In this document: positions 46,547 through 59,184 of the stretch, piece by piece
Layout: each line of letters opens with the position of its first letter
How positions within the stretch are numbered: position 1 is the first letter of the stretch
DNA from: Tetramitus jugosus
Taxonomy: Eukaryota; Protista; Heterolobosea
DNA: 64,000 nucleotides
Direction of reading: 5' to 3'
Assembly: GCA_937625935.1 (NCBI GenBank)
Contig: OW569369.1
Coordinates: 248,001-312,000 of the forward strand
Translations under genes and position numbers: made by a program
The notes under the pieces: generated by a model
What the model was told of the DNA's origin: nothing
The model's input: only the letters and a program-made list of their open reading frames with translations
Database searches by the model: none

Positions 46547-46687
46547 GTTGTTGTGTTGGGTTTTTTTGTTGTTGTGTGGATCTCAACTTTTTCTCACTTC
46601 AATGTGATGGCGGAGTTCATCGAATGGTCAATCCGGGAGGTCAACCGTAGATGAACCGTTTTTTATTTGTAAAGTCGAGGATCCTGA

Positions 46688-48773
46688 TTACAGAACCTTG
46701 CTGTGACGAGGGTACAATCGCTTCTTCATTTGGACCCAAAGGGTCTTGAATGAAGATGGGAAGCGAAGATTGTCATAAACCAATTTGGACACAGCATAAA
46801 CATAGCCATAATGTAAATAAAAGTCCACGAATCGACCTACTTGAATGTGGAAGCGTAAATGGGCACCGTAGCTGGCACACGCTGGGAATAGCACGAAAAA
46901 TATGTACAAATTCTCAGCGACAACATTCAATGGATACTGGATGATGAAGTTTGTGTAACGGAGCCATGTGATCCAACGAGGGCAAACTCGATACAAATTC
47001 AGAGCATAGTATGGATATCGTACACAATCAGTCAATGCCCAAGTGAAAATGGTGAATCCGAGGAAGGAAGAGTGCTCAATGTACTCTGCAGGTGCGATAC
47101 ACAAGGCAAAGAGCAACAAGTGAGCTCTTCGGCCAACCTTACAGTACCATCTCTTGTGTAGAGGAGCTACAGTGTCCTGACCCCAGAATCCTAGCAATGC
47201 ATGAACTGTATCAAACAACAGGATGACTGCACAAAATGATAGCAAGTTTTTTGGTGAGTGAGTGACAACAAATCATGATGGCAGAAAAAGAATCAAGCCA
47301 GATACATACTCTCTAAGGCCAATATCAATGGTTTCAACTCGGAAAATAAGTTGTAGAATACGCCATCAACCGCAGACACAGCACTAAGTATCGTTGGAAT
47401 CACACTATTGAGAATCGTTGCATCTCTGTGGGTGGACTTCCGTGAGAGATATCTCACAAAATTAACAGACTCTCGCAACATCTTTGCAATAATGAATCCC
47501 ATAACAATTATCCATCCAATCGCCAATATCAAATTGTACACAAACATGTAAGCTTTCAGATTTGCGTTCGTGCTGGAGGCAATTGATGTGGATGGAGCTG
47601 CAACGGACTTTCTTCTCGCGGATGAAAATCGTGTGGAAGCCCTTCTGTACCACTCACTTCGATCAAACGATTCATTGACAAAGAATTGACTGTCATTGAA
47701 CAGACTCAAGCTATCATCGTGTCTCTTTGGAGGCGAAACAAACATGCGTTCCTGCACCATGGTATCACAATGGTCCAAGAATTGAGACAAAACATTGGCA
47801 TAGCGCGACACAGTCATCACTTCAATCAAATCCTGATGATCTGCTCCATCAATCAACTGTAGTTCATATCGATACTTGTTCGGAATTCGTTCATAGAGTG
47901 CCCATGCGTGCTCCACTGGAACCACATTGTCATTCTTTCCGTGCAAAATCAACACTGGACACGTCACTCGACTCATCTTTTCCAAATTGCAAAACATGTT
48001 CCATGATGACGAAGAATCATTCGCACTCACACTACTACCTGCACTTGGTGTGTTCCAATGACTCATCATTCCACCAACAATCTTTGCTACTGAACCACCA
48101 GTGCTTTTCCACAAATCAACTACACTGGTCATTGGACTCTCAAGGATTAAACCTCCTAGACCACTCACACGACTCGCCAAATGAACACTGGGTCCACTGC
48201 CAACACCTGGCCCTCCAAACACAATGATATCACTAGGTGAAACACCTTGTTCATACACAAGATACTCAAAAGCAGATTCCACACATTCATACGTGTCTTG
48301 TTCACTTGGAGAATCATCTTGTTTAGTACCACCAGTGCCAGTAGTAGTAGATAGACCATAACCCGTGTACTCATAATGAAGAACATTTACTCCGACATGA
48401 TCTCTCAACAAAATTAAAAAATCAATCATTTGACCCATGTCTGTAGCATTGCCATGACTGTACAGCACATGAACTTTTGATCTAGATATCAACAAACAAA
48501 CCAATAACAACAACAAACAAACAACAATAAAAAAAATGAAAAAAAAATTCAAGTGTTAAAATTTCAAAATTTCAAAAAAGAGAAAAAGAGAAAAAGTGTG
48601 TATTTGGACAAAACAACAACAACAACAACAACAAAAACGTACTTGTTGGTTTTTAAATAGTAAGCAGGAATATTTTTACCACTAATGGTTTGAATCCATG
48701 TGACAGGATAGGGATTCATGGTATCGTAGGAGCATTTGGGAGGTGAAAACACCAAGGAACTAGCAATGCCCAT
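46688..48773 (-). CDS. Fusion of an ABHD17-like alpha/beta hydrolase and a PTPLA/HACD very-long-chain 3-hydroxyacyl-CoA dehydratase (introns 48482-48642 and 47227-47309)
   Basis: Hydrolase motifs LYSHGNATDMG, YEYTGYGLS, LILESP, ILHGKNDNVVP, GADH. The same ORF continues into YMFVYNLILAIGW; after the splice come FDTVHALLG, WALTDCVRYPYY, WLRYTNFIIQYPLNVVAE. Confidence 0.82.
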
Positions 48774-49272
48774 TTTCTTCTTCTTTTCAGTTGAGTTTTT
48801 TTGTTTTGGTTATTCTGATTTTTTTTCTGCTTTTTTTTTGTGCAGGTTCGCGAAATTGTGCTTGTGAACGAACTTTGATTTCGGTGTGATCATTTAACGC
48901 GGACTGTACATGGTGAGAGATGCATCATGGCTGGGTACCCAATGATTGAACTGTGCTGTTCATCATCTCAGTTGGATTGACCACCGGTGCATCTTTGTAT
49001 AGATTCTTCCTTTGTGGGAGGAAATTCGGCGATCTCCTCCAAAAAAACCAAGAATAACCAAATATCTTTTCACTCCATCGAGGAATGCCATAAACAGGTC
49101 AACTTCCTTTTGTTTTCCTCAAGAGCTCGTCCAACGTTGGATCAATTGCGAACAAAGAATAATTATCCAAGAAATTATCCCAGTATTCTCTCAAAAACAA
49201 TCCAGTTTAAACCACATTGAACAGCTGCAGTTTTCAAACAACAAAAACTAAGCTCAGTCAACCGTATCAACA

Positions 49273-50655
49273 ATGGCCTTTCCAAGACTCAACGTGCGAA
49301 TCATCCAAGCAAACGACTTGTTAGAGGATGCTGATGGTCACTGCGACCCCTATTGTGAACTTCAGTTGGGAGAAACTTGCTTCAAGACACCAACCAAGTG
49401 GAGAACTAGTAATCCAGTCTGGGGCAAGTACTACACGTTTCCAGTGTCCAATCCCAATGCCCAATTCCTTGAATTGAGATTCTTTGATTATGACTTGCTC
49501 AAGAAGGACGCTTGGCTCGGTTGTTTGTCAATTCGCCTCGATCAACTCCAAAAAGGAGTTGCCGTTACAAAAACATTTCCATTACAACAGGTGGCTCACG
49601 GAAGTATCACACTTGAGTTGTGTGCCATTGATTTTGGCCAACTGAGTGCTCCTATTCATCACGCAGCATTTATCGCACCTCCTTTCATTCAACAACAACA
49701 ACCATTCATTCCTGTAGCCACCACTGGAATATATCCTACTCCTGGTATTCCCTACCAACAACAAGTTCCTTCACCATCTCCTATCATTGTTCAGGACCAA
49801 CATCACCATCATCACTTCCATGAACATCATCACAAGGATGACAAACACCACTTCTTTCATCGTCACGAATCTTCTCCCGTGATGGACAACAAGGCTACTA
49901 AGAAGAACAAGATTACTGACAATGGATATTATTCTCACTACCAAGATGTCATGAATTCTTCTTCGTCATCTGCACCTTACCCAATGGCAGCAGCACCCTT
50001 CTACCAAATGAATCTGCCCAATCAAGCGCCACCAGGCGCATACTCCTATCCACCAACGGTAATGAACCCTCCAATGAACCCTAACGTTCCTCCCACTGTA
50101 ATTACCACATCAACAACAACGACCAAAGCGACTCATTCAACTGATCAGAAGGACAAGAAAAAGAAGGAGAAGACAACGGAGAAATGCAAATCCAATCAGT
50201 GGAATCAGACTCAAAGTGGCTACCCTGTGCCTCCATCGACCGATTATTATCGCCAACCATCAATTCCTCCACCTCCTCCCTTCCAAAATCCAATGTACAA
50301 TCAACAACAGTATCCAGGCAACAACTACATGCCTCCTCCACCTCCACCTCCTCCACCACAACAACAGTATCCAGGTACAGCTCCTCACTTTCCTTATCCA
50401 GCTCCAGATTATAATTATCACTATCAGCAGCATCAACAGCATCAACAGAACCAACAGTCGTCAAAAGCCTTTGAGACAAAATCATTCGAGTCAAAGAAGA
50501 AAGAATGTACCTGCCAGTCAAGTAATTCTCCTCCTGATTCTCTTCTCCATCATCTCCATCTCCAACAACAGAAGAAAGCTTCGTTTCAGCAATATGGTTC
50601 AACAGCCGGTCTACCGTATCCAACAAACCTGCCCCCTATGCCTCCAATCGTATAA
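49273..50655 (+). CDS. C2-domain protein with a Pro/Gln/His-rich tail
   Basis: LNVRIIQANDL..DADGHCDPYC..NPVW..LRFFDYDLLKKDAWLG, with the Ca-binding Asp residues retained. Confidence 0.88.
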   Translation: MAFPRLNVRIIQANDLLEDADGHCDPYCELQLGETCFKTPTKWRTSNPVWGKYYTFPVSNPNAQFLELRFFDYDLLKKDAWLGCLSIRLDQLQKGVAVTKTFPLQQVAHGSITLELCAIDFGQLSAPIHHAAFIAPPFIQQQQPFIPVATTGIYPTPGIPYQQQVPSPSPIIVQDQHHHHHFHEHHHKDDKHHFFHRHESSPVMDNKATKKNKITDNGYYSHYQDVMNSSSSSAPYPMAAAPFYQMNLPNQAPPGAYSYPPTVMNPPMNPNVPPTVITTSTTTTKATHSTDQKDKKKKEKTTEKCKSNQWNQTQSGYPVPPSTDYYRQPSIPPPPPFQNPMYNQQQYPGNNYMPPPPPPPPPQQQYPGTAPHFPYPAPDYNYHYQQHQQHQQNQQSSKAFETKSFESKKKECTCQSSNSPPDSLLHHLHLQQQKKASFQQYGSTAGLPYPTNLPPMPPIV

Positions 50656-50915
50656 ACAATTGAATTAATTCTTTTATTGACAACTCTTTATAGCTCTATT
50701 CTTTCAATAATACCAGTGGATGCCCTTACAAGCACTGGAAGGAATAAATGGATAGGTATTTTGATTTGACGGTGATTGTATTCCTACACACTTCAATTGT
50801 AAAGACGAACTCTTGTTTTCCCGCCATGAGAGAGAAAATCAAAAATTCACAGCAACAACAACAAAAAACAAACAAAACAGCCACAAAATTATCATAATTT
50901 CTCTCTCAAAAAAAC

Positions 50916-51758
50916 ATGCCACTCATTATGCTCTGTGGTCCACCATGCAGTGGAAAAACAACTCGTGCCAACCAACTCCTCCAACACTTTCAATCTCTCC
51001 CCGACGTCGGGCCTCAGCGGGTTATTTTAATCTCCGACGATGAACTCTTCGGAGAAAATAGAGAAGAAGCGTACTCCACTTCACTGACGGAGAAACAAAC
51101 AAGAGGAAGGGTCAAAGCAGCCACCGAACGACTCGTCACACGTGACAATATCATCATTTGTGACTCGATGAACTATATCAAGGGTTTTCGATATGAATTG
51201 TACTGTGTTGCGAGAGCACAACGAACCACACACTGCGTAGTGTATTGTAATGTGGATTATGAGACGATTAGTCACTGGAATCGAAAGAATAACATTTGGA
51301 AGAATGAACAATTGTTGAATGAGTTGACCATGAGAGTGGAAGTACCGAATGAGAAGGCTCGATGGGATCATCCGTTGTTTGAGTTGAAACCGTGTGATGA
51401 AACACCGTTGAAGGAGATTGAGAGTGCATTGTTGAATCCGACGCATAAACCGAAACCAAACTTGTCCACGTTGCCATTGCAATTGTCTGATACGACACTG
51501 TTGTACGAGTTGGACAAGACGACGAATGCCATCATTTCGGCACTCATTTCTCAAAAATCCATTTTAATGCCCGGTGATTATACAAGTGTGCCCGATACGG
51601 ATGAAAAATTGAGAATGCCAAACAGTTTTGTAACGATGCCAGAGTTGAGAAAAATGAGATCGCAGTATGTTCGTGTCGCACAGATGCATCCACCGAGCAG
51701 TAAGGCTGAAATTGCAAAACAGTTTGTCATGTTTTTGAATTTGCATATGGCGCAGTAG
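50916..51758 (+). CDS. KTI12: KTI12 (Elongator-associated ATPase)
   Basis: MPLIMLCGPPCSGKT, DSMNYIKGFRYELYC, EVPNEKARWDHPLF. Confidence 0.95.
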   Translation: MPLIMLCGPPCSGKTTRANQLLQHFQSLPDVGPQRVILISDDELFGENREEAYSTSLTEKQTRGRVKAATERLVTRDNIIICDSMNYIKGFRYELYCVARAQRTTHCVVYCNVDYETISHWNRKNNIWKNEQLLNELTMRVEVPNEKARWDHPLFELKPCDETPLKEIESALLNPTHKPKPNLSTLPLQLSDTTLLYELDKTTNAIISALISQKSILMPGDYTSVPDTDEKLRMPNSFVTMPELRKMRSQYVRVAQMHPPSSKAEIAKQFVMFLNLHMAQ

Positions 51759-51973
51759 AAGTGACACTTGTGTGTAAAACGACTCGAGAATATGGAAACA
51801 ATCACGAAGCGCAAAGGAGATGACAAGAACTCGATTTGATCAGATGGCGAGTCGCGACATTGTCTCGTGCTTTGGCTACATGGAAGAGAATAATAATAAT
51901 AAGGTTAATCACTGATGTTGATGATGAATAAATTATTGCTTTACAAATTTCAAAAAACAGTTTAACTTTACAA

Positions 51974-53837
51974 TCACTTGTCCTGCGATGTGCAATACAA
52001 GCCAGAAAAGAAGCTCGAATTCCTGCCGTCGTCATCTCCAGGATACGCACGACCAAAATCATGACCCAGTATCTTGCTCACCCTATCATCTCTCTCACTA
52101 TCACTGTCATATGCACCGCTCCCACTACTCGTCGAAACAATAAATGCTCCCTTGGCTACTCCATTCACATCGAAATCCGGTTCAAAGTACGATGGAGTCG
52201 GTGAGTTCAACGCAAAAGAAGAACTAAGGTGATGGCTGACCTGGGAAGAACCTTCTTGTTGCGATGAAATGGCAACCGTGATCAATTGACTTCCACCATT
52301 GATCGTTGCTGGTTCATCTATTATCGGCTGAGATGATTGACTCATGTTGATACCGACAGGTGAGGACAAGAAGGGTTGAAACATGTTTTTGTTGTTGTTG
52401 GATTGCGAGCCCGTTGCTGGAAAGTCTTGAGAAGAGCCAAACAATGGTGGAGAACTCAGTATGATCATACTATCATTGTTCGCAGTTGCAGTTGCAGTAG
52501 TAGTCGTAGTATGACTGTTATTGACATGTTGTTGAGAAGGTGGAGAAGATAGGAGGAGATCAGGTGGTGACATGAGAGTCAAGTACTCGGCCGAACCAAA
52601 TAAATTTTCATGAAATTGTTGTTGAGAAGCAATTGTACTGTTGGGAGGTGATGGCATCATGTGAATCACTTGACTCAAATAATCCATGCACTGGTCATCG
52701 TCGTCATTGTCCAAATCGTCATGAAATTGATTCACTTTTTTCGTTCTTGAACTACTACTCGAAACTTTCTTTTGCCGCTTTACATCACTCTTCTCAGCAA
52801 CAACAACATGATCGTCATTATCTACATCATTCTTTGTCGTTCGTTTTCTCTTATTACTCACTGATGATGATGACGATTCATCCTTTTTCTTTCTACTGAC
52901 AGTTTTCTTCTTCTTCTTCTTCTTGTTCGACTGATCACTCTCACTCTCACTATGATTGACTTCACTCTTGATCACTACTACTCTCAGAGCCGTCTCTTCA
53001 ATTTCACTCTTCTTACTCTTCTTTTCACTCTTCTGTGTTTGTTGTTGTTGCTTCTCCAATTGTTTCAAAAAGACTTCGGGTTTACTGTACACTGTGAACG
53101 CACCACTTCTCACACTCATAAACTTGCACAACCAGTGTTCGTTGACTGTGCGAAAAAAGTCCAATTTGAAACAGAATTCACCTCTCCAGTTCTGAGTATC
53201 AGATGGCCACTCTAGGCTGATGCACCACATTTTTTCACGAACACGTTCTTGGTATTGATAGGAGATGACGGGGCAGGACTTGCATGTGAATTCTGAAAAA
53301 TGTTGCTCAAATTCTTCATCACTATGACTATTACTACCATCTTTGTTAGTATTATCAAAGGCAGTAGTAGTAGGAGGAGGAGGAGTTGTGATTGTTGTTG
53401 ATGTTGTTGTTGAGGTAGAAGTAGTTGGTGATGATGGTGAAAAAGTGGCACGTTTGAACAGAGTCAACGTCACATGGAATCCATTGTCTCTGCCCGCCCA
53501 TTGCAACAATTGAGCATTGGGTAAGATGGTAAAATCGTAATTGTGTGTTCGGAAGAGAACATTGCTCGGTGATTGATCAATGCCCTTCAATTTTCGACTA
53601 AAGACACTGATATCACAGGCAGAAGCAGCTACGTGTGAGTCATTTGTTGTGTTGTTGAACCTGATCACCAGGAAATATGTGTGTGAGATTGGATGTCATC
53701 ATGATACACTAAATAAAATGAATACAAAAAAATTTTGTATTCATGCAAGTTGGGAGTACGTACTGTGGATCACAGAAGAGAGATTTCCATTGGAGGGGTA
53801 TGTTGTCCCGAAGTGAAGTTTTTTCCTTTTTGACCAT
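51974..53837 (-). CDS. Unknown nuclear protein, possible transcription factor (intron about 53661-53762)
   Basis: Splicing CA|G joins MVKKEK..CDPQ to the ORF. A beta-rich N-domain ends FCFKLDF..SGAFTVYSKP, followed by an NLS-like K run and an S/P/Q-rich tail. Confidence 0.6.
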
Positions 53838-53996
53838 CTGGTGTTTGTTTGTTGTTGATAAAAACTTTTGCTTTTTGAGCAGTGTGTTGTTTTGTTTTTT
53901 GTGTTGGCGCAAAAGCAAAGCTCAAAAAACATTTATTGTATCCCTCTTGAGCCAGTTCGAGTAAATCCGGGAAGCGGAGAAATAATATGGCTGTTG

Positions 53997-55419
53997 TCAT
54001 ATCGACAGTAGGTAGTCAGAGCACAGTTCGAGATATCTCTCAATCTGGTGACTCAGTTTGAGCTTCAGCTCGCTCTCTTTGGACATTAGTTCGTTCCATT
54101 CTTCAGAACTTCCCCTTTGGCGCTCTTCTCCTTTCAGTGTCGATTCCCTCAACGATAACACCTCTTCAATGTTGTTCGGGTCAATGTCTTTTTGAAAACA
54201 ACTATTCACATATTGCAGAGCTTGTGATAGACAATGAATACTGTTTCGCAGTTCGTCCATTTGAAAGGACTGCTTCTCACTCTCAATCCTACTGCTGTTG
54301 AGATGTTCAATTGCTGAAACATTAGGAAATGTATATATGGAAGATAACATCGCTTCCAATTGAGCTTTTGATCCATTCCTTGATTGCTTTTCCAAACTAC
54401 TCCGCTCTCTACTGTTCTCCTTATGTCCTTCTGAAACACAACTTGAGAAGGTAAGTGTTTTAGGTGAAGAAAGGCGCTCATCCAACTCTCTTTGTTCTTT
54501 TAGAAGCTTTTCTCTCTCCTTTCTTGGTAAGTCTCTGTATGTCCTGTGAGGCGAGGACTCTTCGAGAATAGTGCTGTAATCCTTCTTCGGGGATAACAGA
54601 TGTGGAGAGATATAGTTGGAGTTTAGGATGGTATTATGTTCCTTGAATGAACCAGTAGAATGTTCTCTCTTCTTAAACGTTCTTATCCTCCTCTGATACA
54701 CAGTTGGATCTTTGTGAATTAGCATTAAGCAACTTCTTCTTTGAGAATACACCCTAAAGATACTACATACACACTCCATTATAGTACTCGAGTTGTGGAA
54801 TTAGATTAATGAAAAATAATCTAAGGGAATCAATATCCCTTGTTTTGAGTTCGATGGGATTGCCTGTAATGCTGATAGATCGGAGCTTTTTGTTCATGGT
54901 CAGAGATCGAAATGACTCCCTTGACCGAATCTCATTGAAAGATACATCTAGTATCTCGAGGTTGTATAGAGTTGCGATATCAAAGCAATTAGAGACCTTG
55001 TTCCCAGCCACATCGAGCTCTCTTAGATGATAGAGATCTCTTAGTGGTTTTAAACACCTAATATTGTTGTACCGCATACTTAGATGACGCAACCCTTTAC
55101 AAAAACTCAGCGAATAACTTATCAGTGCGATACTGTTGAATGAGATATCAAGAATCTGCACTGATGTTGGAATTGATGGAAACCATTCTAATTGAGAGTT
55201 AGATAGATTGACTGACAAATTCTCACAAGCTTGTGAAGTTGTCAAGAATAATTGATCTCCCACAATATCGAAATGAACAATCTTGCTCGTTATGAACTTT
55301 GTTTTGTACCTCTCTCTGAGCTTATCGTCCATCGTGAGAGGCTCTCCTTCACTCGCTTGTCTATTGTCGTTCAACGAGGAGGAGAGGCCACCACTAGAAG
55401 GAGGCATGTCGTAGATCAT
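53997..55419 (-). CDS. SDS22-like leucine-rich-repeat protein with a C-terminal coiled coil (1 intron, about 54711-54769)
   Basis: LDISFNSI, LSMRYNNI, LDVAGNKV, LDVSFNEI, ISITGNPI and an LRRcap-like LIPQLEYYNG; a GTATGT..AAG intron restores the frame. Confidence 0.78.
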
Positions 55420-55974
55420 CCGTTCCAATTGCAGATAGAGCTCGAGAAACAGAAGCCACAAGAAGTGTGTAGTTCCAGTTGATATTTGTTTGTTGCGAAA
55501 TGATTTTCTTTTCCGAGGCTCGTTTGGCTCTCTATCGATCTGGTGCCACGATCTGTAGTCTGCGTCAAACAATAAAAACGGCGAAGTGAAAAGACGTGGG
55601 TTTCTGACACAAAAAAGAACAATTGATCTGGAAAATGGATAACTCTTTCATTTACACATTGGATTCTCTATCTCCTTCTCAGAAACAAGCACATGATTCA
55701 CAAATACAATCATTCTCGTGCGCGCACACACATCAACATCACCTCGACACAACCAATGTGACCAAATGCGAGAGCATTCAAGAAGCTATTGTACAATCCT
55801 TGAAAAACGGCCGCTTCTTCAACTCAGGCCCGTCTCACTATTGTGCCACGAGTGTCATTGATACGTTGTGTGTGCGCGCATGTAGATTTCGATAAATATG
55901 TGTCACACTCTTCTCCAACCCTTCATCATGTGCTCCAAACTCAGAAAGTAGTTAGTCAGCCATCTCTCTTCTGT

Positions 55975-56947
<973 letters not shown>

Positions 56948-57528
56948 ATTTATAATATTTTATGTATGTCGTTTGTTGTTTGTTTTATTCTTTTCGTTAC
57001 AATAATTTTTTTTGCGTCGTTTTGTGGGTTCCTCCTACACCGCGATTGATTCTATCCTCGTTGTTGCATGGGAAACAAGACAAAAATTCCCTGCGACTAA
57101 TTCGTTGTTGTTTGGAACTTCGCCGCGAAAAATTTCTCCTGCTGCACTTGGTGATGATCCGTTACAAAACGAATTGTAACAAGTCAAGGTTCCATTTGCC
57201 AATGTTACTCATCAATCCTCCTAGCTATGTTTTCGAAGATACAACAAACATTTTCTCATATATTTGGAAGAATCTGTCTCGAAGAGCCGATTGAGGCCAG
57301 GTTGAAAATCGATTCTGCGGTGAAATTGAGCATTTGTCGAGATCGATATATATATAATAATCTCGTCAATACAATGACTATGGCTATGGATTGAATGCAA
57401 TCAATTCACGTGCTTGAAGAAACTTGCTTTAATGATGTTTATGCCTTAACTCAACATCAGGATTGGTCAAGCTAGCGAGTGAAGAATGGTGTCATGGTGG
57501 CGCAACGAGCCACTACACTCAATGAAAA

Positions 57529-58659
57529 TTATTGGAAACAATGAGATGTGTGGTATTGAATCCATACGTTGTGACCTTTCGTACTGGCCTCCCAGGGTTT
57601 GGGCGGTCCATTCCAATGAATAATTGCATTGAGATCCTTCTCAAAATTATGTTGAGCAGTGTCTAAGTTCCATGTTGTATCAAGATTTTCCACTCTCCCA
57701 ATAGTAGAAAGGAGCAATGGTGGATTGGATCCTAGAGTATACAAACCTTCTTTGCTGTTGCTATTGACCATTATCCAATATTCGACATCGCTTGTAATTT
57801 TGGTGTCTTCCCAGAGCTTCATATCCATTACTAGAACGCCTGCATTATACGCGATCGATTTCGCTTTAATCTCTTTGTTGGTTCCATTGTGTCGCCTATT
57901 CCATTCCAACAGCGCACCATTCTCAAAGTTGATTCCGTAACCTTCAAGTTTCACATTCCTCTTCACCATTGCGATTACATTGTTGGTATCTTTCTTCGAA
58001 AGTGCCGAATCAAATAGTGTCCCAATATCAACATTGTGAACGATGGTATCTGGATCAAGATAGATTACTTTATCGTTGTTTGGAACCATCTCAAGAGGCA
58101 TGTTGTCCGAAAACAGTAGTTTAGGTAAGTAGAATCTCACATAGTTTAACGGGGATGCCAAATTACCAAGATCATAGCGATGGAATGAAATGATTAAGTT
58201 GGGTGCATAATCCTTCAAGTCAAAGGGTATAACAATCCATCCACCAATCTCGATTGATAGAGTTTTGAGCATGCACAAGACTTCTTGCTGCAATTGATGG
58301 ACATTCGATGGATCTGTCACTAAATAGAAGTATAGCCTTCGGGACTCGCTGGCTTGTCGAATCATGGATTTCATTGAGGCCATCATACCTACAAACAATG
58401 GGGCATCCGAAGCATAAACAATATTAATGTGAGGTTTGTCCTTCGTGGGCTTTGGGACACTTGGTGGATTGAGTGGAGAGATGATGTATCCATTAGACAC
58501 CGAGGGAACCCCATGTGTGACATATTTTGGTCTAGCGCGAAGGATTGGGGTTGTGTCATGGGGCAGTTCACTATCCTGTGCGGGGAGTAAAAACAACAAC
58601 ACCACTCTAATGGCTATCACCACACATACTGCAGCAACTAGTATCCTCCTTTTCGTCAT
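57529..58659 (-). CDS. Glycosyltransferase family 8 (GLT8D/GATL-like), type II membrane protein
   Basis: N-terminal TM, NYVRFYLPKL, VIYLDPD (DxD), YNAGVLVMD, GSNPPLLL, IIHWNGPPKPW. Confidence 0.9.
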   Translation of the reverse strand: MTKRRILVAAVCVVIAIRVVLLFLLPAQDSELPHDTTPILRARPKYVTHGVPSVSNGYIISPLNPPSVPKPTKDKPHINIVYASDAPLFVGMMASMKSMIRQASESRRLYFYLVTDPSNVHQLQQEVLCMLKTLSIEIGGWIVIPFDLKDYAPNLIISFHRYDLGNLASPLNYVRFYLPKLLFSDNMPLEMVPNNDKVIYLDPDTIVHNVDIGTLFDSALSKKDTNNVIAMVKRNVKLEGYGINFENGALLEWNRRHNGTNKEIKAKSIAYNAGVLVMDMKLWEDTKITSDVEYWIMVNSNSKEGLYTLGSNPPLLLSTIGRVENLDTTWNLDTAQHNFEKDLNAIIHWNGPPKPWEASTKGHNVWIQYHTSHCFQ

Positions 58660-59184
58660 TTATTGTTTCTTGTTGGGTCAAATGCACTTGGAGGACGACG
58701 AATTTATTGGTGAACTTTAGTGGCTCACAATTAACTCACCACCCTTTCATTCGCGAGTTCAGATTTGGTATTCCATGAAATTTCGCGAAATTAGCGCTCG
58801 ACTTGGTCTTGCCCAAACAGGGATTTCCCCAACTACCAAAAACTGGTTCCTTCCAATCGCTGATGTAAAGAGAGAACATCAAGGTAGTGCAGTCATAGTT
58901 GTGTGTATTTGCATGATTTGAGCAGCTAATTCTAAGTTGTGAGTATAGAAATCTTAAAGCCTCATACTCGTGTGACATGCGGATGTGAGTAAGTACCCAA
59001 GAAGCAAAGATCGGTCCTGAGAGATGTAGTTTCACATGAACTTGAAGATTATGATGCATTTGATGATGTGGTTGAAACCTGCAGAATATTTCAGAGCCAC
59101 CGAATCAGGAGAATGACTACTCTTGGAAAAAGGAACAACAACATTTTCGCACACGTTATTTACAATTTAACTTCCACAATGAAA

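Noticed and set aside
58736-59059. 107-aa ORF between GT8 and GH29
   Set aside because: No recognisable motif or coding-like composition.
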